Shown here in pieces: positions 53,527 through 63,985 of a stretch of 64,000 bases of DNA. Source of the stretch: Corallochytrium limacisporum Hawaii (Eukaryota; Protista; Pluriformea); NCBI GenBank assembly GCA_002811645.1, contig PDIP01000113.1, positions 21,266-85,265 on the forward strand. The letters are read 5' to 3'. Numbering within the stretch: position 1 is the stretch's first letter; every line of letters begins with the position of its first letter. Under the pieces are notes generated by a model. That model was not told the DNA's origin, ran no database searches, and saw only the letters and a list, made by a program, of their open reading frames with translations. Position numbers and translations under genes: made by a program.

Positions 53527-56400
53527 ATGAGAGGAGGTCCATTCTGGACCGCAGACCTGACGGATCCGGAATGGCAACTGTACTTTGGGGAAGAAGCCAC
53601 ATCGGTTAGACACAAGAGCCTCAGGAGCGCGGTGTTTCCGGTGGCCATCTGGGAGCGACAGATAAGCTCTGTGAGCTGGTGCGTGTGGAAGAGCATCCAA
53701 GGGCCCAAAGTAATTGACGCCATCCGTTGCGGCGGAAAGAGCACGGTGTGGCACCCAACAAGTAATAGTGACATCCTCGCTCTGTGCCAAAATGTACTCA
53801 AGGGTGATTCATTCGCTCGGAGCATGGCCATGGCGGCAGACGGCAGCGAGGGTCCGTCACCATCGGCATCGACGGCTACATCAACACTGCCGTCCTTCGA
53901 TCTGACAACTGCGCACATACCTGAGTGCGGTGCCCGGGTGGTGGCTGTGTTGTTCAGGCCCCATCACAGCAGCACAGAAGATTGTTATGCAGTAGTTTGC
54001 ACTGTTGCAGTAGATCGAGACGGATATTTGTCAGTTGATGATCAGAACACTAGTGCCAGAGACATAACGGGACCCAGTGACAACAATGCTGCCCGGAGGC
54101 GTCTGATCCACAGTATCTTGCTACAGACCCTGCAGCACAGCCTGTCTGCGGTTGCGAATCGCCTGTGGCGCTTGATGGCCAATGTGGGCATCATATCAGC
54201 GCCTCTCAGTGAATCAGATCCTGGCGGCACTGGGGTTAACAGGAGCGAAGGAGGTTCAATAGGGGCATCACCTCCCCTGTATACACAATGCTGCCTAAAG
54301 TTTCGCTATTGGAGCCTGCGCATCCTCCTGGACCAACATAGTGTGCGCCATGCAATCGCACACAGTCACGAACTCCAATCTCGAGTGACCACTTCACAGA
54401 GTGTGCTGGCTTCAGTTGAAGTCTTGGAGAAAGACAAGAATAGTGCTGCCTCAGACACCTGCATTGGCCTGTCACAGACGTTCCTAAGCCCGGAGTGGCT
54501 GCTGAAGGGTGAGCTTGATGGCTTAGAGTGCGAGACGTGCCCCCCCAACAGGGACGGAGAGCAGACCTGCCTGAAGGTGTCATCTTTATCAAAAGATGGC
54601 AAAGGATGGCCGTCTGTGCAAGCTCTCGATAGTGAGGACGAATCTGTCCCTGGTGGAGAAGGTCGTGGGATGGGCAAGGATGGAGCGGCTTCCACTGTGC
54701 CACCCACATTCGTTGAACAAGACTCAACCTCATCTTCCCCTGGAGCAGGGATAGATCAGCACCACGATCAATCTGAATCGCCGCAGAGTGAAAAAGTTTC
54801 TGGCAGTGCAAGAGATCTCCGAAACATGAGCCCACGGACCACGTTGCGCTCCCGCAGTGACAGTCCGACGAAACGAATCCGATCCTACACTGGAAGCAGG
54901 GGCAGCAAACCAGCGCAAATCAATCCCTCCCTCAGAAACCATCGCGCTGCGTCACAGCTAAAATCGACAAAATCGAGCAAACTGGGGTCTTTGTTTCCAC
55001 AGCCGTACCTCTCCGACGTTGGTGTGGTCATGCGCGCCCTCAACGGCATGCTGACTACCTCAGGTCAGTGCGTTGTGATTGGTACGCGCCTGGACGAGGT
55101 GCACCGCATGGTGCGGACCTTGGCCGTCTTTTTGACACCCGCGGAACGTTTGCTTTGTCGTTTAGACCAGACAGGAGCGCCTGAGCTTTATTCTCCGACA
55201 CTGCTGGTACAGGGCGTGGTGTTGGATGCCGACCTCCTGGCCTCAACTGAGACGGTCGACGCTTTAGTAACACACAAAGGGCGTGCCAGGGCGTTCTCCG
55301 CCTCTGATCTATGCAGTGGGGCCGGCGACCCATCACAGGTAGAGCAACAGCCGAAGGAATGGTCTGCAGTTATGGATCATAATTTGCAACGGCTGTTGCG
55401 CGCAATGCCACTAATGCGCAGCATCATGCCCACCACTGTAGTGGTTATTGACAATGGACAGGTCCACCGCACTCTGCTCGGCAATGATTTTTGTCGCGTG
55501 CGCATGCAAGTCATTGCCTGGGAGGTCCAGCACATGCCTACGCCGCGATACGAAGGCATGCTCCTCAGCAGACAGCTGCATGACCTGGTTGACAGCAGAA
55601 GTAGTGGTCCTGATAACCTCTCGCACAGCAGTGACCGCATAGCTGGCAAGGAAACGCAACTGCGGGAGTCGCAGAGGCATGTGCCACCGTTGCGCGTTAG
55701 CCATGACATTCTCCGACTAACCACTAACGCTCCTGCCCTTGCCACACAGCGGATGATGGCTGCATTATGTCTTGCAAGCTACTATCTACGCCGAAGGAGG
55801 CATACGTTGATGTCAAGCGCCAGCGCCTCTGCTCCCGAGGAGAACGCTCTCGTGCGGCCAGACAGCGTGATAGAGCCCATACTTAAGTCTTTTGTCAAAC
55901 GCTGGGATCGAGGTGCCGTCGCCGTCATGGCGATGTTGGCCCAACCAGAACGGTCATCATCAAGTATGGAACCACAGCTGGCTTTGGAGCAGGCGAGGCC
56001 TTCTTCTGCTTCAGCGTCTGCCAGAGTGCAGCCGAATACAACGGCTGGTAACAGCTCAGACCATGTTGCTGATGGGACACAGTCGGCCACTGCTGCAGGT
56101 TCAGAGCAGCCGATGCCGTCGACGGCTGCGGGTCGGTTTCAAGCTGCGCTTTCGGGTGTGCTTCGGAGTCCACGGTCGTCTCCTGTACGTAAGACAAAGG
56201 GTCCTGCAGCCGCAGCTCAGTGCATGCCACCCCCTTTGTACCTAACCGCGCCACCACTAACATCGATCAACCGCAGTTCAGTCCTGCAGCTCCAGACGAC
56301 GCTCACGGCCTCAGAGGCTGACGTTCTGTGTTTCCTTGGCACTGCAGAACGTTTATCGCCGTCGTCCGCTAGCAAACTGTCGGCGCTCTTCTCGGGATAG
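53527..56400 (+). CDS. C9orf72: C9orf72-like longin/DENN protein with long insertions
   Basis: First ATG at 53527. WKSIQGPKV (cf. WDNILGPRV), LCQNVLKGD (cf. LANHTLNGE), CVVIGTRLDEVHRMVRTLAVFLTPAERLLCRL...YSPTLLVQGV (cf. SVVVGSSAEKVNKIVRTLCLFLTPAERKCSRL...YESGLFVQGL). C-terminal ADVLCFLGTAERLSP (cf. GDLNIIMALAEKIKP). Confidence 0.88.
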   Translation: MRGGPFWTADLTDPEWQLYFGEEATSVRHKSLRSAVFPVAIWERQISSVSWCVWKSIQGPKVIDAIRCGGKSTVWHPTSNSDILALCQNVLKGDSFARSMAMAADGSEGPSPSASTATSTLPSFDLTTAHIPECGARVVAVLFRPHHSSTEDCYAVVCTVAVDRDGYLSVDDQNTSARDITGPSDNNAARRRLIHSILLQTLQHSLSAVANRLWRLMANVGIISAPLSESDPGGTGVNRSEGGSIGASPPLYTQCCLKFRYWSLRILLDQHSVRHAIAHSHELQSRVTTSQSVLASVEVLEKDKNSAASDTCIGLSQTFLSPEWLLKGELDGLECETCPPNRDGEQTCLKVSSLSKDGKGWPSVQALDSEDESVPGGEGRGMGKDGAASTVPPTFVEQDSTSSSPGAGIDQHHDQSESPQSEKVSGSARDLRNMSPRTTLRSRSDSPTKRIRSYTGSRGSKPAQINPSLRNHRAASQLKSTKSSKLGSLFPQPYLSDVGVVMRALNGMLTTSGQCVVIGTRLDEVHRMVRTLAVFLTPAERLLCRLDQTGAPELYSPTLLVQGVVLDADLLASTETVDALVTHKGRARAFSASDLCSGAGDPSQVEQQPKEWSAVMDHNLQRLLRAMPLMRSIMPTTVVVIDNGQVHRTLLGNDFCRVRMQVIAWEVQHMPTPRYEGMLLSRQLHDLVDSRSSGPDNLSHSSDRIAGKETQLRESQRHVPPLRVSHDILRLTTNAPALATQRMMAALCLASYYLRRRRHTLMSSASASAPEENALVRPDSVIEPILKSFVKRWDRGAVAVMAMLAQPERSSSSMEPQLALEQARPSSASASARVQPNTTAGNSSDHVADGTQSATAAGSEQPMPSTAAGRFQAALSGVLRSPRSSPVRKTKGPAAAAQCMPPPLYLTAPPLTSINRSSVLQLQTTLTASEADVLCFLGTAERLSPSSASKLSALFSG

Positions 56401-56731
56401 TCACTGACTTAAGTGCGGTGTACGCTGGGTGAACACCGACTCGCGGGGGAGGGGAGTCCGCCGGCGAGGCGCCGACCCTCCCTCCTCGCTCCTTTTCCGT
56501 GTCCGCGAAAGATCTGTTTCACCCGCGCACAGCTATTTAATTTGGATAGCAGACTGATCTAATTTGTACTGGATTGTCATAGCGTAATTTGTTAAGACCC
56601 TATTAAAAATAATGTGAATAGTTTAGAAATCTATCTTTGTTGCGCACGGCGGTCAGGCAGTATAGACTGATGAATGACTAAGAAAGTCGTGCTGATGCTT
56701 CGGAAATGAGTGCACGGAAAATGCAAGCGAC

Positions 56732-59158
56732 ATGGCCCTCAGACTCGAAAGTAGCAAGCTCAGAAATGACGGTTTCGAAGTCGTAGCCCTTGGATATGAA
56801 GGTACCTGCTTTCTCATCGCCGTAGATCAGCTGGAGACTGCGTCTCACAGGTGGTTGCTAGTTGGTCTACCTCCAACACCTCGAGATGTGATCAAACTCG
56901 AAAAGAGCCTTGAAAAGGAATACAAACTCGAGCGCCATGGTAATACGGAAGAGCATAAGGATCTGTCCTGGCGAGCACACAGACAAAAGAGCGTAGATGC
57001 GTGGGACACGCTCCGGGACTTCGGCCCAGCCATCAGCACCGTTCTAATCAGCTGCCCAGAGGATGCCATGCGCTGGCCTTGGTATTGGGAGCATATACTT
57101 TCAGAACAATTTGCTGATGAATGTACGGTACCACCACAAATCTACGCCACAGCTGCATGTGCTCGGTGGTACACAGTCATGGTCCGCAGTGCACTGGTGG
57201 CACAGCTTCCACAGATCCCGAAAATCTACGGCCTCAGTTTCAATCAGATCGCGGGTGTGGGTATCGACAACGATGGCAGTATCTGTGCAGAAACAGAAGC
57301 CACTGTGGTGTTTGAGGCTTTGCGTTCTGGTAGTGGAGTGATGCGATGCCACTGGCTTCTCGGATTAAATGCAGGCACGGGCGATCCGCGCGCACTGTGT
57401 GTCGGTGGGGGTTTACTAGTTCTCAGCCACTGCGCCGTGGTGGACCATAGTCTGAGCAGAAGGCCGGCAACGCTGGAGCGACGGACCCCGAGCGTTGTGC
57501 TCTTTGGCGTCGGAGAGCAGGTTCTAGACAGTAATGGCAGCTTACCAGGAACTACGACATGTGTGGCAGAGCAGAGTGAGGATAGCGACACAGTTAATGA
57601 GATGTCCATTGGGGTAGAATTGCAGCCCACGATGGCCCAGGTTGTGAAGATAGCTCTCGATAGGGAGGCCAGAGACCTCTCTTCCCCATTCGTAGACATT
57701 GATGGTAGCTACAGAACCGAAGGACTCCGTCTGTTGGCGCCATGCACACTGGAGACCCTAGTAACCACTGTAGTGAAGTGCATAGAGGGTAAAATGCAGT
57801 GCAGCACCTCAACACAGAAACCAACCGCAGCCGTTATTTTGCCTATGGTCGGTCATGGTTTGCTCCTGACCAGAGCGATGCCCGCCATCCTGGATGTGTT
57901 GATGCGCATGATGCCACGGCTGCTGACACCATTGGCCAAATCTGCAGACAAAGGTAAGACCGCTGACACGAGCGAAGAAGCTGTTGGCAGCGCTTCTGGC
58001 ACATCTCTACTTTCTACTCATCCCGTGGACGTAACAGCTGCCGCTAATGTCCAACGACCCTGTCTGATAATTCTCGACCGGCATCCCGAGGTTCTGCTCG
58101 AGACCATGCTGGCCCACGTCGAGGACAGCCGTGGACATGGGAGTGATGGTGGACTAAAGCCCGAGCAGACCATGCATTTGGTGCAACGCGCAAGGCGCAG
58201 CGGAGTGTTGCAACTCTTGCAAGATGTCAAGCATATCAAGGAGATGCTTCAGGAGGGCAGGCAGTGTGTCGTTATGATCCGACGAGACGCTCGGCTGCCC
58301 GAGGACCTTGCAGACATTACTGAGACCATTGAGGCAGCGGGAGAAGGCCAGGTGACGTGTTGGGTGCTGGACACGGGAGACCCGGACCAGCGGCGAGGAT
58401 CATCATTGCTCAGCGACGATACTTTCAGCGGACACAAACGGCCACCAGAGCTGTGGCGACACAATTTGATGGCCGGTGAACCAGCTGCAGAACTTTTACG
58501 ATGGGCACTTAATCGATCCTCGCAGCCAGTGGAGCAGGAACAACAGCCATGCGTCGTTGGCCCAGACGAACAATCGTCGGCACCACGAGGTGGACTGTTG
58601 CCGCTCCCGTCTGTACCGCCAGTGCGCACTCAACCGCAGTCATCCGGCACACATCCAATCATCCCCGGCCGCAGCCTGCTCGGTGCGGCACCGCACATCA
58701 CACCCGTGACCACACTATCACAGCAAGAAGAGCCACCGCGTATGCCCGAACCTGTATCCAAACGCCAGCGCATGTCGCCATCAATGACACTGTCCTCAAC
58801 GGAAGCCAAACCGCATTTGCTACCGTCACAAGTGGTGCTGGTGCCAATGGCGGCAGTAAAGGGCAGAGCACTGTCCGCGGTCGCAAAGGAACTCGGTATT
58901 GAAGGTGACTACGAGCCGAGATGGCAATCGCAAGAGGGTGGATATGTCGCCTTCGAGGGTGCCTTGCGAAGAGCGGCACGCGAGGATCAGGATACAACAC
59001 GCCTGGCCATGCAAACCACCATCACTGCAGGCCTGGATGCGCTGGATCCAAAGGTTGAAGTTATCCTAAGGGATTCAAAGGAGGCCACCTTCACAGTCCA
59101 CCGCAGCAGCCAACGCCCTGCCCAATACTACATTAGACCAGAGGAATCACCTCCCTGA
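56732..59158 (+). CDS. INTS9: Highly divergent Integrator subunit 9-like inactive metallo-beta-lactamase/beta-CASP protein
   Basis: ISTVLISCPEDAMRWPWYWEH...QIYATAAC (cf. [20 protein letters not shown]...VYATEPT), ALRSGSGVMRCHWLL (cf. PLSSGYALGSSNWII), AVILPMVGHG. No HxHxDH motif. Confidence 0.6.
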   Translation: MALRLESSKLRNDGFEVVALGYEGTCFLIAVDQLETASHRWLLVGLPPTPRDVIKLEKSLEKEYKLERHGNTEEHKDLSWRAHRQKSVDAWDTLRDFGPAISTVLISCPEDAMRWPWYWEHILSEQFADECTVPPQIYATAACARWYTVMVRSALVAQLPQIPKIYGLSFNQIAGVGIDNDGSICAETEATVVFEALRSGSGVMRCHWLLGLNAGTGDPRALCVGGGLLVLSHCAVVDHSLSRRPATLERRTPSVVLFGVGEQVLDSNGSLPGTTTCVAEQSEDSDTVNEMSIGVELQPTMAQVVKIALDREARDLSSPFVDIDGSYRTEGLRLLAPCTLETLVTTVVKCIEGKMQCSTSTQKPTAAVILPMVGHGLLLTRAMPAILDVLMRMMPRLLTPLAKSADKGKTADTSEEAVGSASGTSLLSTHPVDVTAAANVQRPCLIILDRHPEVLLETMLAHVEDSRGHGSDGGLKPEQTMHLVQRARRSGVLQLLQDVKHIKEMLQEGRQCVVMIRRDARLPEDLADITETIEAAGEGQVTCWVLDTGDPDQRRGSSLLSDDTFSGHKRPPELWRHNLMAGEPAAELLRWALNRSSQPVEQEQQPCVVGPDEQSSAPRGGLLPLPSVPPVRTQPQSSGTHPIIPGRSLLGAAPHITPVTTLSQQEEPPRMPEPVSKRQRMSPSMTLSSTEAKPHLLPSQVVLVPMAAVKGRALSAVAKELGIEGDYEPRWQSQEGGYVAFEGALRRAAREDQDTTRLAMQTTITAGLDALDPKVEVILRDSKEATFTVHRSSQRPAQYYIRPEESPP

Positions 59159-60244
59159 GTTCAATCCTAGGGACACAAAAGATCACCATCCAGAACAAAA
59201 GTTTCACGCGCAGAAAGCGTACAGTCGAGTGTCTATAGTGCAACTCCCGTCCCGACACGTGACCCCCAACACAACCCACTCTGCCCGATTTCTGAATATG
59301 TGGCAACAAATTACATACGGTCCTTCTTAATAATCTTCATCGTCAATGATATATATATTTATTTTATATCCGGATTATTTTCAATTCCCCGGCAGCCTCG
59401 TGGCAGGGCACGTAGTGGTAGTGGGCTACGATTAAGAAAATTTTATGGGCAATAAAAGTGCAACCCTCCCCTCTCCCCTTTTTTCGCCCAATAAAGAAAA
59501 CAACCGGAAAAAAAAAGAAAAAAGGAAAGAAATGAAAAAAAGAAGGGGGGGGGGACCGACCGGGCGACGAGGAAGAGTTGGTGTTGGTGGCCCCGGTGGC
59601 TGGCAAAGTGGAGACTCTAATGCTGGCAAATGGGGCAAAAGGGGCCCGGGGGGGGGCATCGAAAAGCAAAAAAAGAAAAGGGAAAATACAATAAAAAGGA
59701 ATGAGACCGGTTCGGCCGGTGGTGGTGGTCTCACCCCCACCGATCCCAAACGGCCACGGCCCCGCGGGGGGGGGGTGGGGGGCCCCAGGGTGCGGGAACC
59801 GCGGAGAGGACCCCCCCCCCCGAAGGGTGGCGAGCAGCGCCCAGTGCTTCAGTACCCGCGGCTGGCAATTCCAGAAACCCGCGGAGCAAAAAAATAAAAA
59901 AAAAAGAAAAAGGAAAAATGGAAAACAAAAAAAAGCAATAACAATTCCGTCACTGCCGGGGTGCCTCCCTGCCCATAGTCTGACTACTGTGCTCTTCTAC
60001 CCACCAACCTCGCCACCTCCCCAATCCTTGCTCTTAGCCACACGGAGGCTGCCGGGAGCGCGGAAAGCCCCGGCACCCCCCCCCCTCTCTCTCCCCCGGT
60101 GCCAGCCAGCCAGCCAGCCTGCCAGCCTGTCCGCCCTTCCCCCTTCCCAGCGCCACCTGCCCCGGCCTTAATCGCGAAGGACCTCTGCCGTGGAGTAAGA
60201 GAGAAAGAACAGTCAGCACAAACCCGGAGGCCCCTCTCCCCCCC

Positions 60245-60467
60245 NNNNNNNNNNNNNNNNNNNNNNNNNNNNNNNNNNNNNNNNNNNNNNNNNNNNNNNN
60301 NNNNNNNNNNNNNNNNNNNNNNNNNNNNNNNNNNNNNNNNNNNNNNNNNNNNNNNNNNNNNNNNNNNNNNNNNNNNNNNNNNNNNNNNNNNNNNNNNNNN
60401 NNNNNNNNNNNNNNNNNNNNNNNNNNNNNNNNNNNNNNNNNNNNNNNNNNNNNNNNNNNNNNNNNNN
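60245..60467. other. Assembly gap (223 N) within a C/G-homopolymer-rich region upstream of PP4R1
   Basis: N run flanked by a C run on the left and ccccc-gcggggcggggag on the right. Confidence 0.95.
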
Positions 60468-61100
60468 CCCCCGCGGGGCGGGGAGCGCGATAGCGAAAGT
60501 GCGTGGTGACCTCTCCCTAACCGGGGGTTCATGCCGGATGGCTTGGCTGGCTCCCTTGGTTGGTGCCCAGTTTTTCTGTGGCTTTGGGGGAGCTGCTGGG
60601 GGCCAGCTCGTGCACTTTCGTTTCCCTTCTCGGCACCGGAAGAAAAAAGGAAAAAGAGAGAGAGGGAGAGCCAGTGCAAAAGATAAGCAAAAAAAAAAAA
60701 AAATAAACACCGGCAGAAAACAGAGAAAAAAAAAGCCGGGCCGCCCGTTTACTACCCAACGCGGGAGGGGCTCACCTCCTCCCACCGCCTCCTCCCCTTC
60801 ACTACCACACACTGTCGTGTGTGTTGTTAGTTGGTAGCAATCATGATACGGCTACTGTCTTTGGCTGGTGGTCATGTGCAAGTTGTGTTGCGGTTAACTT
60901 ACTCGGGTTCATTCGCTCCCTCTTGTTTATGGCCTGGAACACTGAAAGGTATGTCAAGTGTAATGTCGTGGATCAAACTGTGTGGCGCAATCGTATCTTC
61001 AAGGAATGGAATGTGATATACGAAAAATTCAAACCAATGTGGCAATAACACCAGATAATATAGTTTAGCAATTGTATATTGTAGTCATGGATGTGGGACT

Positions 61101-61185
61101 GTAAGTAAGTCGCATCTGAAAGATAAACAAGATTTAAAGACAGTAACTTTTAAAGAATCGGAATTTAACTAGCAACAAGTTTTAG
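61101..61185 (+). other. Candidate ~85-nt 5'-UTR intron of PP4R1
   Basis: GTAAGT at 61101 (alternative at 61105), AT-rich body, TTTAAC at about 61164-61169, TTTTAG ending 61185, 7 nt before the ATG. Confidence 0.5.
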
Positions 61186-61192
61186 TCAAATC

Positions 61193-63985
61193 ATGGCAAG
61201 TATAGACTACGGCGTCGGGGACGCCGGGTTTGACACCTACCAGGAGGAAGGAGTGGAAGAGGAAGAACTGTCTATTGATGAGACCCTCTCATTAGATCGC
61301 ATCCGGCGGTATTCTCGTTCAGATTTGGTTCTGCACCGCCTTCATATTGCCAAGGACATTATTGAAGCCATTAGACAACTCAACGACAGCGACCGGGAAG
61401 GGGTTCTGAGCGTCATTCATGACCTGCACACAGATCCGGAAGCAATCATTCGCAAGACACTAGTCATGAACATGGCAGGCATTGCCAAATATTACGGCGT
61501 GGAATTGGGCGAGGTCAGCGTAGTAAGGGAACGGATAATTCCAATTTTGAATATTTTCCTTCAGGACGTGAGTGAAGAAGTGCGGATGGCAACACACAAC
61601 GCATGGATTGAATCCTTGCGTCTCCTGGAGCGCAGTGAGGTAAAGAATGTAGCAGTGCCCATGCTCACCAAACTTGCACATGATCAACTCGAGGAGGATT
61701 TTCGGATTGAAGCACTGCAGCTTATTGCTCAGACAGCGTCTTTGCTTGAAGTCACTGTTGTGCAGGAAGATTTCCCTGCCATCTTTACCGAACTTGCTGG
61801 GGACAGCAGTCTGCGGGTTCGTAAGGCTTGTGTCTCCAATCTCCCAGATGTCTGCCGCGTGGTAGGTCCTGAGAAAGCAGCGTCAGACTTCCTACCCCTC
61901 TACCTGGGTCTAGTCCACGACGAAATCTGGGGCGTACGCAAAGCCTGCGCAGAGGCGTTGATGGCCATCAGTCAGTGTGTGGACCCGGTGGTGCGGGAGG
62001 AGAAGTTAACGGAAGTCTTTGAGAAACTGGCAGAGGACCAGAGTCGGTGGGTCCGGAGTGCTGCGTACCAGTATTTGGGCTCGTTTGTATCAACCTTCGG
62101 ACAGCCGGACGCGGTACAGACGTACGAAGAATGGCGCAAGAAATGGCGAGCACATGTCATGGCTGTCACTGAGGCACAGGATCAGGGCATAACATCTGCA
62201 AGAGGTACCCCAGCCAAGCCCGTTACCGGCGAAGGCAGCGATGTAAGTCCTGTGGCAACTGAGTACAGCCTAAATTATTGGAAGACACCAGTGCCTGCGT
62301 TGCCGGAAGATGACGGCAAAGAGACAGGGGCCACGTCAGCAGCGGATTCAATGGAAGTGGACAATGGCAACGCACCGCCGACGGACGGAGACAAGGGATA
62401 CGCCAGCGCGGACGATAGTGTCACCCAGAGCGCCGGGGGCAATAGTGAAGATCCCGATTCCCGAGCCACTGGCGACGCTCCACAGGACAAGAGTTTGGTG
62501 GAGGATGAGGGAGCCGGAAGGGGCAACGTACAGAAGGCTTCAGTGGGCAATGACTTGGATCCGACCATAGTGGCACCGCCTCTGGATATTGGACACGTGC
62601 ACCGCGTACCTCAGCGTTTGTTGGACCGCTATGCTGGCGTTATCAATTTGCATGGGCGTCAAGCCGACAGCGATGCAGCGTACAATTGCGCGTACAATTT
62701 GCCTGCTGTAATCATGACCATGGGTCCCTCCAGCTGGGAGTTCCTGGGTAGTATTTACATTACCTTGGCCAGGGACCACATGCAATGGAAGGTCCGGCGA
62801 ACCCTAGCCTGCAGTATACATGATGTTGCAGCCATCCTAGGAACAGAAATTGCAGAACGTGATCTGATACCAGTGTTCAACACGTTCATCAAGGACTTGG
62901 ACGAAGTCAAAGTGGGAGCCATTAACCACATGGCTGAGTTCCTGGAGATGCTCACACCGGAAAAGCGCCAGGAGTATCTGCCCACTCTCAAGGAACTGCA
63001 GGAGGGCGAAAATCGCCACAACTGGCGCTTTCGCAAGATGCTCAGTGAACAATTGATCCAACTGCACGGCCTCTTTACAGCCCAGGACGTCCTCACCTAC
63101 ATTGCACCGGTGGCCTTCCACATGGCCAACGACAGTGTTCACTGCGTGCGCCGGGTCGCGAATCAGGCACTTGGACTGATATACACAAAGCTTCTGCGGT
63201 GTAGCCAGGCCACTGGCAATACAGAGCAGGCCAATGAGTTCAGCCGCCGCATCCTCGATCAGTTCGCATCTGGCCAGAGCTATAAAGACCGCCAGAATTA
63301 CTTGAACATCGCGGCGGAATTGATTCCTCACGCCCAACCGGAGCATTTCATTCAGCACCATTTGAAACACGTGCTGAAGTTGGCCAGCGATCCAGTCATT
63401 AACGTCCGCATCACTTCTGGCCGCGTTCTGCGCGAAGTCGTGATGAACACTGACTACCTCGCCAACCGCGCCGAAGAGCTTGGAATCAATGCGGCGTTGA
63501 AGAAACTCCGCGACGATGAAGATATTGACGTCGCGCAAATGGCCGGCAGTACGCGCTCCGAACGTATTGTACGGCGCAGCGTCTGCGAGAACAACCCCGA
63601 CCGGTCCAAGTCCGAGGCCGCGGCAGCCCGCGTTGAGCAGGAGCTGGGCTCCAATCCCCATTCGCCGGCGGCAGTGAGCCCGTCAGCACCCAGTGGCGAG
63701 ATCGTGATGGACTCCAGTGTCGTTAGCGCGGAGAATCCGAGCAATTTAATCGCTGAGCGCGGCCAATTAGAGGAAGGAATTGCTGAGGAGGGCCATGACA
63801 CGTCAGGCAGTGATGACGATGATTTGGAGGACGACTCAATGTCACCGGGCCCACCGCAAGCGCCGGTAGCTGATTCGTCGACTGCCATGGACATTGCGTC
63901 CCCAGCAGCACCACCACAAGAAACCATAGCGAGTACAAGCGAGGATGACGAGAACGAGAAGCAGATAAATGGTCTGATTTCTTGA
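61193..63985 (+). CDS. PPP4R1: Serine/threonine-protein phosphatase 4 regulatory subunit 1 (HEAT repeats)
   Basis: DEIWGVRKACAE, LAEDQSRWVRSAAYQYLGSFVSTF, YSLNYWKTPVPAL, CAYNLPAVIMTMG, MQWKVRRTLACSIHDVAAILG, FIKDLDEVKVG, NWRFRKMLSEQL, LASDPVINVR. Confidence 0.95.
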   Translation: MASIDYGVGDAGFDTYQEEGVEEEELSIDETLSLDRIRRYSRSDLVLHRLHIAKDIIEAIRQLNDSDREGVLSVIHDLHTDPEAIIRKTLVMNMAGIAKYYGVELGEVSVVRERIIPILNIFLQDVSEEVRMATHNAWIESLRLLERSEVKNVAVPMLTKLAHDQLEEDFRIEALQLIAQTASLLEVTVVQEDFPAIFTELAGDSSLRVRKACVSNLPDVCRVVGPEKAASDFLPLYLGLVHDEIWGVRKACAEALMAISQCVDPVVREEKLTEVFEKLAEDQSRWVRSAAYQYLGSFVSTFGQPDAVQTYEEWRKKWRAHVMAVTEAQDQGITSARGTPAKPVTGEGSDVSPVATEYSLNYWKTPVPALPEDDGKETGATSAADSMEVDNGNAPPTDGDKGYASADDSVTQSAGGNSEDPDSRATGDAPQDKSLVEDEGAGRGNVQKASVGNDLDPTIVAPPLDIGHVHRVPQRLLDRYAGVINLHGRQADSDAAYNCAYNLPAVIMTMGPSSWEFLGSIYITLARDHMQWKVRRTLACSIHDVAAILGTEIAERDLIPVFNTFIKDLDEVKVGAINHMAEFLEMLTPEKRQEYLPTLKELQEGENRHNWRFRKMLSEQLIQLHGLFTAQDVLTYIAPVAFHMANDSVHCVRRVANQALGLIYTKLLRCSQATGNTEQANEFSRRILDQFASGQSYKDRQNYLNIAAELIPHAQPEHFIQHHLKHVLKLASDPVINVRITSGRVLREVVMNTDYLANRAEELGINAALKKLRDDEDIDVAQMAGSTRSERIVRRSVCENNPDRSKSEAAAARVEQELGSNPHSPAAVSPSAPSGEIVMDSSVVSAENPSNLIAERGQLEEGIAEEGHDTSGSDDDDLEDDSMSPGPPQAPVADSSTAMDIASPAAPPQETIASTSEDDENEKQINGLIS

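Noticed and set aside
56185-56281. Possible intron near the C9orf72 3' end (GTACGT/GTAAGA...CACTAAC...CAG)
   Set aside because: The ORF is open through it, and use of the first CAG would frameshift away the conserved C-terminal motif.
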